Below, piece after piece: positions 63,025 to 64,000 of a stretch of 64,000 bases of DNA. A model generated the notes under the pieces. The model was not told the DNA's origin. It ran no database searches and was given only the letters and a program-made list of their open reading frames with translations. The position numbers were made by a program, and so were the translations under genes. Position 1 is the first letter of the stretch; each line of letters starts with the position of its first letter. Source of the stretch: an uncultured Gemmatimonadaceae bacterium (GTDB lineage Bacteria > Gemmatimonadota > Gemmatimonadetes > Gemmatimonadales > Gemmatimonadaceae). The stretch spans positions 384,001 to 448,000 of the forward strand of contig CAWFQK010000001.1 of the NCBI GenBank assembly GCA_963817955.1. Direction: 5' to 3'.

Positions 63025-63744
63025 TCGACACCTCCACCCTGAACGTAGCAGGGTTAATTGGGTGTCTACAAAAATGGGGGACCTTCATTGGCCGACCGAC
63101 CCACTCTGGTCGAGTTAGCGTTGGGCGTCGGGTTTCATTTTGACAAGTCCAATTGGTATGACGAAACTGTATTGGCGAATCTCGTCCATCCCGTCGGCGG
63201 CGGCGTCATCGATCTCGACATCCTTGCCCGCGCAGACCGACCGGATGTCGCCATAGCGATCGACGGCCAACCGGGCCTCGTGGTACACGGTTACCCGGAT
63301 CTCGACATCCTGTCGGACAACACAAAGTGGCTGGAGGTCGGAACGGAGACGCACCGCACGCTCGATCCGTCTGTCTCTATACGTGTTCCCGTGCCAGCGG
63401 CGTACGTCTTCCAGAAAGGGCTGGCGGCGCAACGCCGAGACGATCGAGCGAAGATCGCCAAAGATCTCGTGTACATCTGCGAGCTCGTTCGACATCCAGG
63501 ATTGCGCGATGAGATTGTGCACGCTTTTCCCGAAATCGCTCGTAGGCACGTCAACAGGTACGCCACCTGGAGGAGTTTCATCACTGGCCTTCGCGTCGGC
63601 ATACCGCCCGTCTCAGACGCCGTCGAGCAACTGCTCGAGGAGAATCGGGCTCAGGGAAGCCCGGAGCAAGTTGGCGCCGCGGTCGTCTCGCGCTTGCAGC
63701 GGCTGGTCGCCGACATAGACGCCGCGTTGAAAAGCTGATGACCC

Positions 63745-64000
63745 CGGTCACAGAGATCCCTCGCTTTCGCTCAGGATGACAGATATCGCGGGTGATCAGT
63801 GATGAGTTGTCAGTTGTCAGTTGTCAGTTGTCAGTTGTCAGTGTACAGGTCATGTGCACCAGGGCGCCTGGCTCGCAGGCCACTATCGCCGGTCGGCGAG
63901 TTTCGGGTGTCCAGTTGTGAGTTGTGAGTTGTGAGTTGCTAAAAACGCATAACGCATCACTCACAACTGGCAACTCGAAACTCGCCGACCGGTGGGCCGA
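63745..64000 (+). repeat. REP-like unit plus dispersed palindromic element copy 4, truncated by the window end
   Basis: Same order as 36645-36930; the heptamer is AGTTGTC x5 here. Confidence 0.9.

Larger units (their letters stand above)
61748..63087 (-). mobile_element. IS3 family insertion sequence (1340 bp)
   Basis: TG...CA ends; 26-bp imperfect IRs (TGGGCCTCCCCCGATTTCGTAGACAC / TGAAGGTCCCCCATTTTTGTAGACAC, 19/26); orfA plus orfB. Confidence 0.95.
61544..63738 (+). pseudogene. AbiEii/GSU2403-like nucleotidyltransferase toxin interrupted by an IS3 element
   Basis: N-part 61544-61747 (IVLVGGW...T.DID); C-part 63088-63738 (IDLDIL...VP.PAAYVFQK....RR...K..KDL..I). The two parts join in frame; ATGA overlap with the antitoxin. 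Confidence 0.82.

Noticed and set aside
63058..63087. Independent 226-aa gene starting at 63058
   Set aside because: The first 10 codons lie inside the IS terminal repeat; the rest is the C-terminal part of the interrupted toxin.

Overview
GC-rich bacterial chromosomal segment. Gene style suggests Gemmatimonadota, but that is inference only. 1-18 kb is core/metabolic: partial RND permease, an esterase-fold lipoprotein lacking its catalytic residues, a LysR/YeiH pair, Tat-Rieske protein, frameshifted ettA, a PLD-2H-decarboxylase operon, plant/chlamydial-type fabI and a zinc metalloprotease. 18.6-39.1 kb is a large alpha-glucan/trehalose cluster (glgP, treY, malQ, glgB, glgX, mak, treS, glgE) interrupted by a TipA-like MerR gene with a textbook operator; thrA and lhgO follow. 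45-64 kb is accessory: a five-enzyme glycan-modification cassette interleaved with toxin-antitoxin modules, four TA modules in ~17 kb (MntA-HepT, RHH-PIN, fused MNT-HEPN, AbiE split by an IS3 element), secreted hypotheticals, and two paralogous helical hypotheticals preceded by an indel-free 23 x 21-bp degenerate array. Non-coding structure is rich: a dispersed ~230-bp palindromic element (4 copies plus a fragment), REP-like units, 7-nt tandem arrays, a 64-bp-IR MITE-like element, and repeated leaderless-promoter signatures. Several single-C indels suggest long-read consensus errors. No rRNA, tRNA, CRISPR array or reverse transcriptase was seen.
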